Source: Nannocystis bainbridge
Lineage (GTDB): Bacteria; Myxococcota_A; Polyangia; Nannocystales; Nannocystaceae
Length of the DNA: 64,000 bases
Reading direction: 5' to 3'
Assembly: GCF_028368995.1 (NCBI RefSeq)
Contig: NZ_JAQNDL010000001.1
Location: 864,001-928,000 of the forward strand
How positions within the stretch are numbered: position 1 is the first letter of the stretch; every line of letters starts with the position of its first letter. The notes under the pieces are model-generated. The model was not told where the DNA came from and searched no databases. It saw only the letters and a program-made list of their open reading frames with translations. Below are positions 1 through 9,631 of the stretch, in pieces. The position numbers and the translations under genes were made by a program.

Positions 1-270
1 AGCCCTCGCAAGGCCTGCCACGGCGCCCAGCGGCCGTGCGGCGACGAATGCTACGACCCCTTCACCGAGAGCTGCCAGCCGGGCGCCCTGGTCTGCCGCG
101 CCGCGCAGCGGGCCTGCGGCGGCCAATGTTATGACCCGTTCTATCAGCGCTGCAGCACCGGCAAGGTCGAGTGCGCCGGTTCGCAGAAGCCGTGCGGCGA
201 GCAATGCTACGACCCGGTCACCGAGGATTGCCGGCTCGCTACCCACGGCGAGCCCCCCGAACCCGCCTGA
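1..270 (+). CDS. C-terminal part of a Cys-rich repeat protein (three CGxxCYDP repeats); 5' end outside window
   Basis: Frame 1 reads SPRKACHGAQRPCGDECYDPFTESC...ACGGQCYDPFYQRC...PCGEQCYDPVTEDC...EPA-TGA(268-270). Not in the ORF track because the start is missing. Confidence 0.8.
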   Translation, partial: SPRKACHGAQRPCGDECYDPFTESCQPGALVCRAAQRACGGQCYDPFYQRCSTGKVECAGSQKPCGEQCYDPVTEDCRLATHGEPPEPA

Positions 271-401
271 ACCGCCACGCCCCCGCACGAGGCCGCCCGA
301 ACGCGCCTGACTGTGACGCCCGCCGGTCACCTGCCCCGCGCGTCCGTCCGAGCATCACGAAGCGCGCCCCATCCCCCGCCCGGAGCCCCCCTTTTAAAAG
401 A

Positions 402-463
402 AATGCGCGAAGAGACATGCCCATCAGGACATGCCCCTTCGCACATGCCCTCACGGGCATGTC
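402..463. repeat. Array of 14-bp TGYC-N6-GRCA units at a convergent junction
   Basis: CATG junction cores at 416, 430, 444, 458 (AATG at 402); exact 14-bp period. Confidence 0.85.
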
Positions 464-479
464 GTTTCGCGCAGCTCGC

Positions 480-1274
480 TCAGGCCCGCAGCGAAGCGAT
501 CTTGTCGCGCTGGCTGCGGGCGACCTTCAGCGTCGCGCCGCCCTCGAGCACCACCACCGCCTCGCGCCGGCCGCCGCTGCGGAGCTCGCGGATCCGCCGG
601 CGGTTGACGATCGCCGAGCGGTGGATCCGGACGAACTGCGACGGGTCGAGCCGGCGCTCCAGGCTCTGCATCGTCTCGCGGTGCAGGTAGCTCTTGGGCC
701 CGGCGTGGATCTGCACGTAGTAGTCGGCCGCCTCGATCCAGTCGATCTCGTCGGCGCGCAGGAGCACCACCCGGCTGCCGTCCTTGATCGCCAGGCGATC
801 GGCAGGCTGCGCCACCACCGGCACCGGCCCGCGCGGCTCGCCGACATCGGCCAGCAGCGCCGCCAGCCGGCGCCGCAAGCCCTCGAGCTCCGCCCCCTGC
901 AGCTGGGCCTTGGCCCGCCGCAGCACCTCGACGAAGCGCTCGTCGTCGAACGGCTTCAGCAGGTAGTCGAGCCCGTGGACCTCGAGCGCCTGCACCGCGT
1001 AGCGGTCGAACGCGGTCACGAACACCACCCCGGGCACGCTCGCCGGCGGCAGCGAGGCCAGCACCTGGAACCCGGAACATTCCGGCATCTGCACGTCGAG
1101 GACCACCAGGTCGGGCCGCAGCGCCTCGATCCGGCTGGCCGCCTCGCGCCCGGAGGCGACCTCGCCGATGACCTCGATGTCGGCGTCCCGACCGAGCAGC
1201 AAGCGGATGCCCTCGCGGGCCAGGGGTTCGTCGTCGATGATCAGGGTCTTAATTGTAGGGTTACGCTCCAACAT
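480..1274 (-). CDS. LytR/AlgR family response regulator (REC + LytTR)
   Basis: IIDDEPLARE, LVVLDVQMP, FVTAFDRYA, DYLLKPFD; LytTR region IDWIEAADYYV...FVRIHRSAIVN. Start taken at ATG 1274 (MLERNPTIK). Confidence 0.93.
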   Translation of the reverse strand: MLERNPTIKTLIIDDEPLAREGIRLLLGRDADIEVIGEVASGREAASRIEALRPDLVVLDVQMPECSGFQVLASLPPASVPGVVFVTAFDRYAVQALEVHGLDYLLKPFDDERFVEVLRRAKAQLQGAELEGLRRRLAALLADVGEPRGPVPVVAQPADRLAIKDGSRVVLLRADEIDWIEAADYYVQIHAGPKSYLHRETMQSLERRLDPSQFVRIHRSAIVNRRRIRELRSGGRREAVVVLEGGATLKVARSQRDKIASLRA

Positions 1275-1679
1275 ACATCGGCTCCTCGAAGGCTGGGGGG
1301 ATCTGCAGCGACACCGCGGCTCCGCAGCCACGCGCTGCCGTGAGCTCGAATCGATGCTCGGCTGAATAGAGGCGTGAAACTCGGGCGGCCGCGGCGAGAT
1401 GGAGCCACGGTAGCGATCGGCCCGCATGGCAGCCACGCGCGGCCATCCCCCTCGCAGGGGAGCCGTGTGACGGCGCGGCCGAATCGGGGCGATGCTCCAT
1501 GCGCGAGACCTCGGCCCTTACGACCTGACCGCGGCCCGAGTGGTTGCAGCGAAGCGACGTGAAGGCGCAGCGAGCGGCCCGCTAATTTTAAATGAAACCG
1601 CCGCGCATCCGCGCGGGTCCCATCGAATTGGCCGCCATGCCGCGCCCTCGCGCGGGCGCCCTCTCGGCCCCGCGAGCGC

Positions 1680-3188
1680 TCAGCGCTCGGCCAGCACGAA
1701 GGCCATCAGCGCCATCGCGGCCGCGTTGCGCTCGAGGTGGTCCGGATCGATCTTGTCGAAGGTATCCGCCGGGCTGTGGTGCAGGTCGAAGTACGCGCTG
1801 ACGTCCGGGTGGAGCCCGAGGCTCAACACCCCGTCCTTCGTCAGCGGCGAGATGTCGGCCCCGCCTCCGCCCGCCTCGAGCACGCTGGCCCCGAGCCCGT
1901 CGAACAGCGGCGCGAACCGCTGCAGCGCCGCGACCTGCTCCGGCGTGCCGCTGATGCCGAACCCTCGCGGCGCCCCCGAGCCGGTGTCGGCCTCGATCGC
2001 CGCCACGTGCTTCTCCTTGCCGTGGGCCGCGTGGTACGCCTTGGCCCCGCGCAGGCCGTTCTCCTCGTTGGTGAACAGCACCACCCGGATCGTCCGTCGC
2101 GGCACCAGCCCCAGCTCCTTGAGCAGCGCCGCCGCCTCGATCGCCATCATGCAGCCGCCGCCGTCGTCGGTGCTGCCGTCGCCCACGTCCCACGAGTCGA
2201 TGTGCCCGCCGATCACCACGATCTCGTCGGGCAGCTCGCGCCCGCGCAGCTCGGCGATCGCGTTGCCGCTGACGCTGTCGGGCAACGTCTTGGCCCCGAG
2301 CGACAGCTCGACCGTGGTCTTGCCGCGGCGGGCCAGGCGGGCCAGCAGCTCCGCGTCCTCGAGCGTGAGCGCGGCCGCCGGGATCTTCTTGACCCCGTCC
2401 TCGTAGCGCAGCGCCCCGGTGTGCGGGCTCCGCAGGCTGTTGGCGGTGACCGAGCGGACCAGCACCGCCCTGGCCCCGACCTTGGCCGCCTCCGTCGCCC
2501 CGCTGCCGCGGATCCGCACCGTATCGCCGTAGTGCGTCTCGTTGCGCGCGTGGTCGAAGCGCGGCATCGCCTGGTTCACCACCACGATCTTGTCGCGCAG
2601 CTCGGCCCCGCGGGTCACGATCTCGGCCAGCGACTCGACCACCGCGACCTCGCCGCGGACCTTGCCGCCGACCGTCCCGCCGAGCCCGAGGATCACCAGG
2701 TCGCGCTCGATCGGCGCCACCACCCGCGCCCGCTCGGCCCCGCGGACCCAGTGCGGCACCATCACCTTCTCGCGCCGCGGATTGTCGAGCCCGTCGCGCT
2801 TCATCTGCGCGATCGTCCAGTCGATCGCCTTCTCGAGCGAACGCGACCCGCTCAGGCGGTGACCGAACGTGTCCGAAAGGACAGCCAGCAGCTCCCACGC
2901 GCGCGTGCGGCCCAGCGCCGCCGCGGTCAGCCGCTCGGCCGCGTCGACGAACACCGGCGGCAGCTCGTCGACCCGCGGCGTCGTCGCGCTGACCGCCGTC
3001 GCCGACGGCAGCGACGGCTTGTCGCCGCCGAACACCGGCCCCGCGCCCGCGTGCGAGCCCGGCGGCATCCCCCCGACCGGCATCGACTCGCCGCGGATCA
3101 TCGGCGGCGCCGTCTCGCTCGACTTCGGGGCCGGGCAGGCGGACACGGCAGCGGCGAGGAGCAGGCAGGACGCGAGGCGCACCCGCAT
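1680..3188 (-). CDS. M28 family metallopeptidase (carboxypeptidase Q-like) lipoprotein
   Basis: Lipobox AVSAC; GHRLSGS, GGHIDSWD, DDGGG, FTNEENGL, HHSPADTFDK. Confidence 0.9.
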   Translation of the reverse strand: MRVRLASCLLLAAAVSACPAPKSSETAPPMIRGESMPVGGMPPGSHAGAGPVFGGDKPSLPSATAVSATTPRVDELPPVFVDAAERLTAAALGRTRAWELLAVLSDTFGHRLSGSRSLEKAIDWTIAQMKRDGLDNPRREKVMVPHWVRGAERARVVAPIERDLVILGLGGTVGGKVRGEVAVVESLAEIVTRGAELRDKIVVVNQAMPRFDHARNETHYGDTVRIRGSGATEAAKVGARAVLVRSVTANSLRSPHTGALRYEDGVKKIPAAALTLEDAELLARLARRGKTTVELSLGAKTLPDSVSGNAIAELRGRELPDEIVVIGGHIDSWDVGDGSTDDGGGCMMAIEAAALLKELGLVPRRTIRVVLFTNEENGLRGAKAYHAAHGKEKHVAAIEADTGSGAPRGFGISGTPEQVAALQRFAPLFDGLGASVLEAGGGGADISPLTKDGVLSLGLHPDVSAYFDLHHSPADTFDKIDPDHLERNAAAMALMAFVLAER

Positions 3189-3226
3189 CCTCTACTGTAC
3201 CCGAGCGCGGACCCGCAAGGCCCGAA

Positions 3227-3258
3227 GCTGTCCCGAGAGCAATGTCTTTTCAGACATC
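3227..3258. repeat. 14-bp unit array overlapping the kinase stop codon
   Basis: Perfect TGTCTTTTCAGACA at 3243-3256, preceded by a degenerate unit at 3229. Confidence 0.65.
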
Positions 3259-5832
3259 TTCCGGCGCATCGGCCCACACGGCCCAGCCGGCGTCCCACGC
3301 GTCGGCTTCGTCACGGAAGGCGCCCGCGAACCGGGCCTCGGCGGCGAAGAACCCGTCGTCCGGCGGCGCGGCCGCGCCGGCGGTCAGCGGGGCCCGCGGC
3401 TTGTAGCGATTGGGGCCGGCCGGGTCGGCGCAGCCAGGGAGATCCGGATCTGCCACACGGGCGCCGGCGCGGGTCAACAGCGCCGCCTCGTCGAGGCCGA
3501 AGTCGTCGTCTGCCAGCGCCAGCTCGCCGCCCGGAACCTCGGCGTGGGCCAGCGGCGCGGCGAAGTTGCGCGCCAGCCACAGCCCGCCGCGCAGGTCGAC
3601 GGCGGTGTCGCGGTCACGCACGTCGAGCGGCGCCTCGAAGCCGACCACCACCGCGTTGCCGACCGTCGCCGCCGTGCCGCGGCGCAGCAACATCCCGTAG
3701 TGCTCGTGCTCGGCTCCGTGGCCGCGGCCGCACAGCGTCGCGTTGAAGATCGTCGGGGCCGAGCGCGGCGTGTTGAGCGACCCGCCGGGGTCGTTGTCGC
3801 CCTCGAGCCCGGCCGTGGTGTCGAGCGCCTCGGCCCCGTCGCGCAGCAGCAGGAACTGCAGCCGGCCGGTGTAGCCGAGGTCCCAGTCGAACCCGTCGTC
3901 GCCCGGGTCCTGGCAGATCAGGTGTTTGGCGTCGACGGTCCCGCCGAAGAACTCGAAGCAATCGTCGGCGGTGTGGCGCACCTGCACGTGATCGACCTGC
4001 GTCCCGCGGCCGACCCCGGCGAACGTGACCCCGTTGATCTCGTTGTTGGGCCCGAGCTCGGTCCCGCTGTACTCGACCCGCACGAACCGCAGCGACCCCG
4101 AGCTGTCCTCCGGGTCCTCTCCGCCGTACTCGCCGCCGTCGGCGATGCCCTCGACCCGCCCGACCGTCGCGCGCCCCTCGGCGTCGCGCAGGTTGGTCGG
4201 CGCCTTGCCGAGGATGATAAGCCCGCCCCAGTCCCCCGCCTTGCGCTCGCCCGGCCGCGCCTCGCTGGTGAACACGATCGGCCGCTCGCGCGTGCCCTCG
4301 GCCACCAGCTTCGCGCCCGGCTGGACCACCAGCGTCCCGCGGGTGTCGCGGTCGCCGACGATCGTCGTCCCCGGATCGATCGTCAGCGTCGCCCCCGGGC
4401 GCACGAACGTCACGAAGCGCAGCCGGTACACCTTGTCGCAGGTCAGCCGGGCCGCGTGCTCGATCTCCCCCGACAGCTCCACCACCGGCTTGTCGGCCCG
4501 CGCGCACGGCTCCACCACGGCTGGCTCTGCGGACATGTCCGAATCGACATGCTCCTCCGGACCTGCCTTGAAGAACATGGCCAAAGAGACAGCCAACGCC
4601 GCCGCCCCGAGCCCGACCGGCAACCAGCGCGGCACCTGCAGCGGCCGCCGCACCACCGGCGCCACCACCGACCAGGTGGCGTCGTGCGGCCCGCTCGGGC
4701 GCGCCGGGCTCGACTCGGCCGGGGCCTCGGCGGCGCGCGGGGCGTCGCGGCGGGTCGGCTCGTCGGGGTGCGCGAGGTCGCCGGGCCCGGGCTCCACGAG
4801 CGTCGCCGGGTCGGACAGGTCGAGTACCGGCAGGTCGTCGTGGGCCTGGCGCGCGCGCCGGATCTGCGCCTCGACCAGCCCGCGCAGGCTGGCCCGATCG
4901 GCGGCGAAGATGTCCCCGAGCGCGCTGCCGATCGCGCGCGGCGACGGGGCGCTCTTGCCGAGGTGCAGCTCGAGCGCCTCGCGGAACAGCTCGGCCGAGG
5001 CCGGGCGCGCCGATGGATCGATCGCCAGCGCCGAGGCCACCAGCGAGCGCAGCGCCGGCGTCGCCGCGGACTCGGCGGGCAGCGGCGGGATGTCGCCCTC
5101 TTCGAGCCGGCGCGCGATCGTCAGCTCGTCGAGCCCGCCCCACAGCCGCTGCTGCGCCAGCGCCTCCCACAGCATCACGCCGACCGAGAACAGGTCGCTG
5201 CGGCGATCGACCTGCTCGCCGCACACCTGCTCCGGCGACGAATAAGCCGCCTTGCCCTTGAACGTCCCGACCTCGGTGTCGCCGTCGCCCGCGAGCCGAG
5301 CGATGCCGAAATCGACCAGCTTGATCTGCCCGTCGTAGGTGACGATCACGTTGTGCGGCGACACGTCGCGGTGCACCAGCCCGAGCGGCCGGCCCTCGTA
5401 GTCGCGCAGCTCGTGGACGTAGTGGAGCCCGGCCAGCAGCTCGGCGAGGATCCGCAGGTGCATCGCCAGCGGCAGCCCGGGCGGCAGCGGCGGCGGCTGG
5501 TGCACGCGGCGGAGGATCCGGTGCAGCGCCTGGCCCTCGAGGTACTCCATGGCGATGAACGGCCGCCCGTCCTCGCTGCCGACCTCGTAGGTCTGGACCA
5601 CGTTGGGGTGCGACAGCAGCGTGGCGATCTTCGCCTCGCGCTGGAACATCGCCCGGTACTCCGGGTCGCGCACCAGCGCCGGCCGCAGGTCCTTGAGCAC
5701 GAGCAGCTTGAGCGCCCCGCCGACCCCGCGCGCGGCCGCGAGGTAGATGTCGGCCATCCCGCCGTGGCCGACGGCCGCGAGCCGACGAAACTTCGGCGCG
5801 TGCGGGCTCCGACTGCGCTCGTCGCTCGGCAT
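3250..5832 (-). CDS. Membrane Ser/Thr protein kinase with C-terminal extracytoplasmic beta-helix-like domain
   Basis: GHGGMA, LVLK, HRDVSPHN, DFG, SPEQ; TM segment WLPVGLGAAALAVSLAMFF; C-terminal TLTIDPGT..PIVFTS..GDWGGLIILG..EINGVTFAGVG..FEFFGG. Confidence 0.92.
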   Translation of the reverse strand: MPSDERSRSPHAPKFRRLAAVGHGGMADIYLAAARGVGGALKLLVLKDLRPALVRDPEYRAMFQREAKIATLLSHPNVVQTYEVGSEDGRPFIAMEYLEGQALHRILRRVHQPPPLPPGLPLAMHLRILAELLAGLHYVHELRDYEGRPLGLVHRDVSPHNVIVTYDGQIKLVDFGIARLAGDGDTEVGTFKGKAAYSSPEQVCGEQVDRRSDLFSVGVMLWEALAQQRLWGGLDELTIARRLEEGDIPPLPAESAATPALRSLVASALAIDPSARPASAELFREALELHLGKSAPSPRAIGSALGDIFAADRASLRGLVEAQIRRARQAHDDLPVLDLSDPATLVEPGPGDLAHPDEPTRRDAPRAAEAPAESSPARPSGPHDATWSVVAPVVRRPLQVPRWLPVGLGAAALAVSLAMFFKAGPEEHVDSDMSAEPAVVEPCARADKPVVELSGEIEHAARLTCDKVYRLRFVTFVRPGATLTIDPGTTIVGDRDTRGTLVVQPGAKLVAEGTRERPIVFTSEARPGERKAGDWGGLIILGKAPTNLRDAEGRATVGRVEGIADGGEYGGEDPEDSSGSLRFVRVEYSGTELGPNNEINGVTFAGVGRGTQVDHVQVRHTADDCFEFFGGTVDAKHLICQDPGDDGFDWDLGYTGRLQFLLLRDGAEALDTTAGLEGDNDPGGSLNTPRSAPTIFNATLCGRGHGAEHEHYGMLLRRGTAATVGNAVVVGFEAPLDVRDRDTAVDLRGGLWLARNFAAPLAHAEVPGGELALADDDFGLDEAALLTRAGARVADPDLPGCADPAGPNRYKPRAPLTAGAAAPPDDGFFAAEARFAGAFRDEADAWDAGWAVWADAPEDV
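4532..4593. repeat. 14-bp unit array inside the kinase CDS
   Basis: Cores at 4534, 4548, 4562, 4576, 4590; perfect unit TGTCCGAATCGACA at 4536. Confidence 0.8.
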
Positions 5833-6203
5833 GCGCGCGGACGCTATGCCGCCGCTCGCGGCGCAGCAAGTGACATCTGCGCCAGGCGCTCCGGCGCCGC
5901 GGCGTCACAGACTGCGACATGTAGCCGCCGCATTTGTCACGCCTCGCGCCGCGCCGCGCGAAGAGAGCCACGAGGCGCCGTTCCAGGGGCGCAACGAGCT
6001 TGCTGGAGCGAAGTGACCCCACGGGTGGTCCACGAGGCCCCCACGTCGCTTCCACGCGATCGAGCAGGCGAATCGAAGAACGACGTAATCATGCGCGAGC
6101 GAAGCGAACATCGCACGCGCGGCGCGGCCGACGACCACGCCGCGAGCGGACGCACGGCCCCGCTGCGAAGCGCGAGCATGACTTCGGTCCGGTCGGCGAT
6201 CGA

Positions 6204-7757
6204 TCAGCCGGGCAGCGGGTAGCACACGCCGCCGGGCTGGCAGGTGAGCGGCGGGCCGCAGTCCGCATTGGTCTCGCAGGGGACGCACTCGCCCTGTTTG
6301 CACTTCGGGGTCGGGTTGCCGCAGTCGTCGCCGTCGAAGCACGAGCCGCCCGGCGGTTCGCAGCCGTCGATGTCGAGGATGGCCTCGTCGTAGTGGATGG
6401 CGAAGGCGCCGACGAGGTTGATGCCGCCGACGAACAGGGAGCCCCAGATGCTAGCGAGCCCGCCCGCGTTGAACACCGCGTTGGGCTGGTAGAGGTTGCC
6501 GCCGAAGGTGAACAGGCTGACGAACGAGACCACGCCGCCGACGTACATGCGGAACGCCGCGGGGCGCTCGGTGTCGCCGAGAGTGGCGAGATCGGCGAAC
6601 GAAGCGTTGCCGGTGATGAACAGGTCGAGCTCGGCGTCGGGGCCGAGCTCGATGTCGAACAGGCCGATGCTGGTGAGGTCGCCCTTGACGGCGATGACGG
6701 TGCGGCCGGTCAGCTTGATCTTGAGCGCCAGCAGGTGCTCGATGTCATTGAAGTAGTAGACGCCGCAGGGCAGCTCGATCACCTTGGGGAGGATCACGTC
6801 GGCGAGCTCGTCGGCGTCGATGCCGGCGGCCTCGTTGTCGTTGTCCTGCGCGTAGCCGTCGACGATGCCGGCGATGTCGATCGGGTCGCTGCAGTCGCAC
6901 GGGGTATCGACCGAGACCGGGCCCTTGATGGTCTGGCCGAGCACGTTGGCGCCGGCGTTGACCTTGCCGACCGGCTGGTGCAGGTCGCCGTCGATCGTCA
7001 TCAGCGGGAGCAGGCCGCCGATGTTGCCCTCGACGAACGCATCGTCGTTGACGTGCGAGAGCACGGTGGCCGAGACGTCGCCGCCGCACTGCAAGATCTC
7101 GCCGACCTCGTGCACGGCCACGGTGCTGACCTTGCCGTCGACCCACAAGGTGCCGCCGATGTCGGCGAGCGCGACGGTCGTATAGTTGCCGTTGATACCG
7201 ACCGAGCCGCCGTGGAGCGGCTGGGGCATGTTGGCGTCGCTGTTGAACGCGTCGACTGTGAAGATGCCGGCGGTCGTGAAGTTCGTACAGGAGCACAGGG
7301 CGAACGTGAAAATGTTCTTGCCGAGGTCGCCGGAGCACTTGTCGCCGTCGCCGGGGAGCAGGATGCCGCCCTCGCCGGCGCAGAACTCGGGCTCGCCGGT
7401 GGTCGAATCACCGGTGTCCGTGTCGGCCTGGGTGGTGGTATCGCCGGTGGTGTCGACCGGGGTCGTGGTCACCGTCCCGGTGGTGGTGTCGGTGGTATCG
7501 CCGGTGTCGGTAGTGGTCGTGGCGGGGCCGGTGGTCGTGGTGGTATCGGTGGTGCCGTCCGACTCGCTGGCGCCGCCGGAGCCGGTGTCGGATATCGTCG
7601 ATGGGTTGCCGGTCGTCGGCGCCCCCTGGGTCGTGTCGCCGGGGCCGCCCGTCGTGTCCGGACCGGGCACTGTCGCCGATTCGCCGGCACCGCTGTCCCC
7701 GCACGCCATGAGCGTGGCCGCGAGACAGAACATACTCCAACCATTGCGTGCAACCAT
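6204..7757 (-). CDS. Lipoprotein with Thr-rich stalk, probable beta-solenoid domain and Cys-rich tail
   Basis: Lipobox LMAC, long T/D/G linker, repetitive V/I-x-G beta-strand pattern, C-terminal CxxxxDC repeats. Confidence 0.8.
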   Translation of the reverse strand: MVARNGWSMFCLAATLMACGDSGAGESATVPGPDTTGGPGDTTQGAPTTGNPSTISDTGSGGASESDGTTDTTTTTGPATTTTDTGDTTDTTTGTVTTTPVDTTGDTTTQADTDTGDSTTGEPEFCAGEGGILLPGDGDKCSGDLGKNIFTFALCSCTNFTTAGIFTVDAFNSDANMPQPLHGGSVGINGNYTTVALADIGGTLWVDGKVSTVAVHEVGEILQCGGDVSATVLSHVNDDAFVEGNIGGLLPLMTIDGDLHQPVGKVNAGANVLGQTIKGPVSVDTPCDCSDPIDIAGIVDGYAQDNDNEAAGIDADELADVILPKVIELPCGVYYFNDIEHLLALKIKLTGRTVIAVKGDLTSIGLFDIELGPDAELDLFITGNASFADLATLGDTERPAAFRMYVGGVVSFVSLFTFGGNLYQPNAVFNAGGLASIWGSLFVGGINLVGAFAIHYDEAILDIDGCEPPGGSCFDGDDCGNPTPKCKQGECVPCETNADCGPPLTCQPGGVCYPLPG

Positions 7758-8110
7758 AGCGGCACCCTATCACGTCCGCGTCTTCCATAGAATAGCCCCT
7801 CCCGCGGATTAATTTGTCAGCAGTCACAACCGCACGAATGCCGGCAAGATCTTCGTTATGTCGTTCGGGCTTCGAGTCTACATAGCGGCGACCGAGGCTC
7901 GGTGTCTCACTTCGCGGTGAATGTGCCCGGGCCGCATTCGCGCGAGGATCGACCGGCGCTCGAATGCGTGGGTCGCGGCAACAGCGGGCTCATGCGCATT
8001 CTCAGGCCCGTCGCCGGGCTCGGCAGGACCGGCGAAGCGTCGCGCACGGTGGCCCGGATGCTCCAACCGCGGCGGACCCGTGCGAGGGGGCTCGCATCGC
8101 AGCAGCCTTG

Positions 8111-8144
8111 GATGTCGCACGGGACATGTATGATGCGACATGTC
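8111..8144. repeat. 14-bp unit array (intergenic)
   Basis: Cores at 8111, 8125, 8139; perfect unit TGTCGCACGGGACA at 8113. Confidence 0.75.
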
Positions 8145-8323
8145 TCGATTCACGCTCGCTACATCGCCATGAGAGACATCGATGGGCCCGCCGCCCGCCC
8201 TCGTTGCTGCCGACGCGGGGCGATCCATCCCGTGGCCCACTCAAGCATCGTCTGTTCAGACGATCTTACGACCCCCTGAACCTCACAGCCGCGGTCCTCG
8301 CGGACGGGGCGAACGCGGCAATG

Positions 8324-9631
8324 TCACGGTCGCAGCGCCAGCACCTGCTCGAGCTCCATGTGCCGCAGCCGCGCCGCGCGCGGCAGCACCAGCTCGAGCG
8401 GCTCCTCGATCACCCGCCCGCGCCGCGACGATGCGTGGAGCAGCGTGCGCGTCCCCGGTCGTGGCCCGCGGAGCACCACGCCCACGTGGCACGGCGATTC
8501 GCCGGCCCCCCACAGGAACAGCAGATCGCCGGGCTCGCCGAGCGCCCGCGCCGGCGCTGCCGCCAGCGCCAGCTGATCGCTCGAGTGCCGCGGCAGCACC
8601 ACGCCCAGCGCCGCCCGCACCGCCCGCTGCACCAGCCCCGAGCAGTCGATCCCGAGCGACGTGGTCCCGCCCAGCCGATACGGCGTCCCACGGAAGCCCC
8701 GCAGCGCGCGCGTCAACGCGGCCGCCCCAGCGCGCGCCGGTGCGACTGCCAGTGCCGGGGAGGCCACCGGCAGCCCGAGCCGCTTCCGCGTCCAGCCGAT
8801 CGTCCCGTCGCTCGCGCGCACGAGCAACCAACCGCCCACCGCCGCGAGCACCCCGACCGGCCCGTCGCCCGGCAGCAGCTCGGTGCAGAGCTCGATGTCC
8901 TCACGGACATGTCCCTCGGGACACCATGACTCGTGACCGCGCCGCCCCGCTGCGTCCGTCCATTCGCGAGCAGCCGCGGCTCCGCGCCGATCGGGCTCCG
9001 CCCCGGACCACGGCCGCTGAACCTCGAGCAGCCCCTCGGGCGTGAGACCGACCGCCGACCCAATCAAGTCCCTCGCGTCATGATCCGGCGAGCCCCGCCT
9101 CTTCTTCAAGGGAGCAGGCCCAGGGGCGCTCTCTTCGCGCCACGTGCTCGATCGCAGATCTCGAACGACATGTCCCGAAGCGCATGTCTCTCGAGACATG
9201 CAAAACCCCACTCCGACCGGCGCCCGCCACAGCCGCGTCACCCCCGGAGGCAGCGCGAGCCACTCCCGCGGCGCCGCGATCTGCGTCCCCCTCGCATCGA
9301 CGGCCCACCGCGCAGGCAACACCGCGCGCAGCTCGTCCAGCGTCGCCGCCAGCGCCTTCTGACTCAGCGCCTCGCCTTCGACCACCAGCGTCCGCCGCCG
9401 CGCTTCGAACGCGCAGCGCAACCCTGGCCCGGCCCAGCCGAACCGCCGCACCAACCCTCGCCGCCGCTCGGCCAGCGCCCCTGCGATCCGGGCCTCGAGC
9501 ATCGCAAGCGACGCCGACCCCTCGCTCCCGGTGAGTCGCCCCGCCTGCACGACGACCTCCCACGACTCTCGCCCGGCCCACGCCCCGTCCACCGCGGCCG
9601 CCCCCTCGCCGCGCGCCTCAGGCCCCGTCAC
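8324..9631 (-). CDS. NlpC/P60 (C40) cell-wall peptidase with SH3-like region and an apparent in-frame insertion of about 100 aa
   Basis: GTPYRLGG..GIDCSGLV, LPRHS, PGDLLF, HVGV, LLHAS; SH3-like WLLVRASDGTIGW. Overlaps the upstream Mur ligase stop. Confidence 0.85.
   Translation of the reverse strand: MTGPEARGEGAAAVDGAWAGRESWEVVVQAGRLTGSEGSASLAMLEARIAGALAERRRGLVRRFGWAGPGLRCAFEARRRTLVVEGEALSQKALAATLDELRAVLPARWAVDARGTQIAAPREWLALPPGVTRLWRAPVGVGFCMSRETCASGHVVRDLRSSTWREESAPGPAPLKKRRGSPDHDARDLIGSAVGLTPEGLLEVQRPWSGAEPDRRGAAAAREWTDAAGRRGHESWCPEGHVREDIELCTELLPGDGPVGVLAAVGGWLLVRASDGTIGWTRKRLGLPVASPALAVAPARAGAAALTRALRGFRGTPYRLGGTTSLGIDCSGLVQRAVRAALGVVLPRHSSDQLALAAAPARALGEPGDLLFLWGAGESPCHVGVVLRGPRPGTRTLLHASSRRGRVIEEPLELVLPRAARLRHMELEQVLALRP
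8894..8925. repeat. Two abutting perfect TGTC-N6-GACA units inside the NlpC/P60 CDS
   Basis: TGTCCTCACGGACA (8896) directly followed by TGTCCCTCGGGACA (8910). Confidence 0.85.
9167..9200. repeat. 14-bp unit array inside the NlpC/P60 CDS
   Basis: CATG cores at 9169, 9183, 9197; perfect TGTCTCTCGAGACA at 9185. Confidence 0.85.

Noticed and set aside
2869-6222. 1117-aa plus-strand ORF
   Set aside because: Antisense shadow of the kinase gene; Arg/Ala/Pro-rich with no motifs, typical of high-GC DNA.
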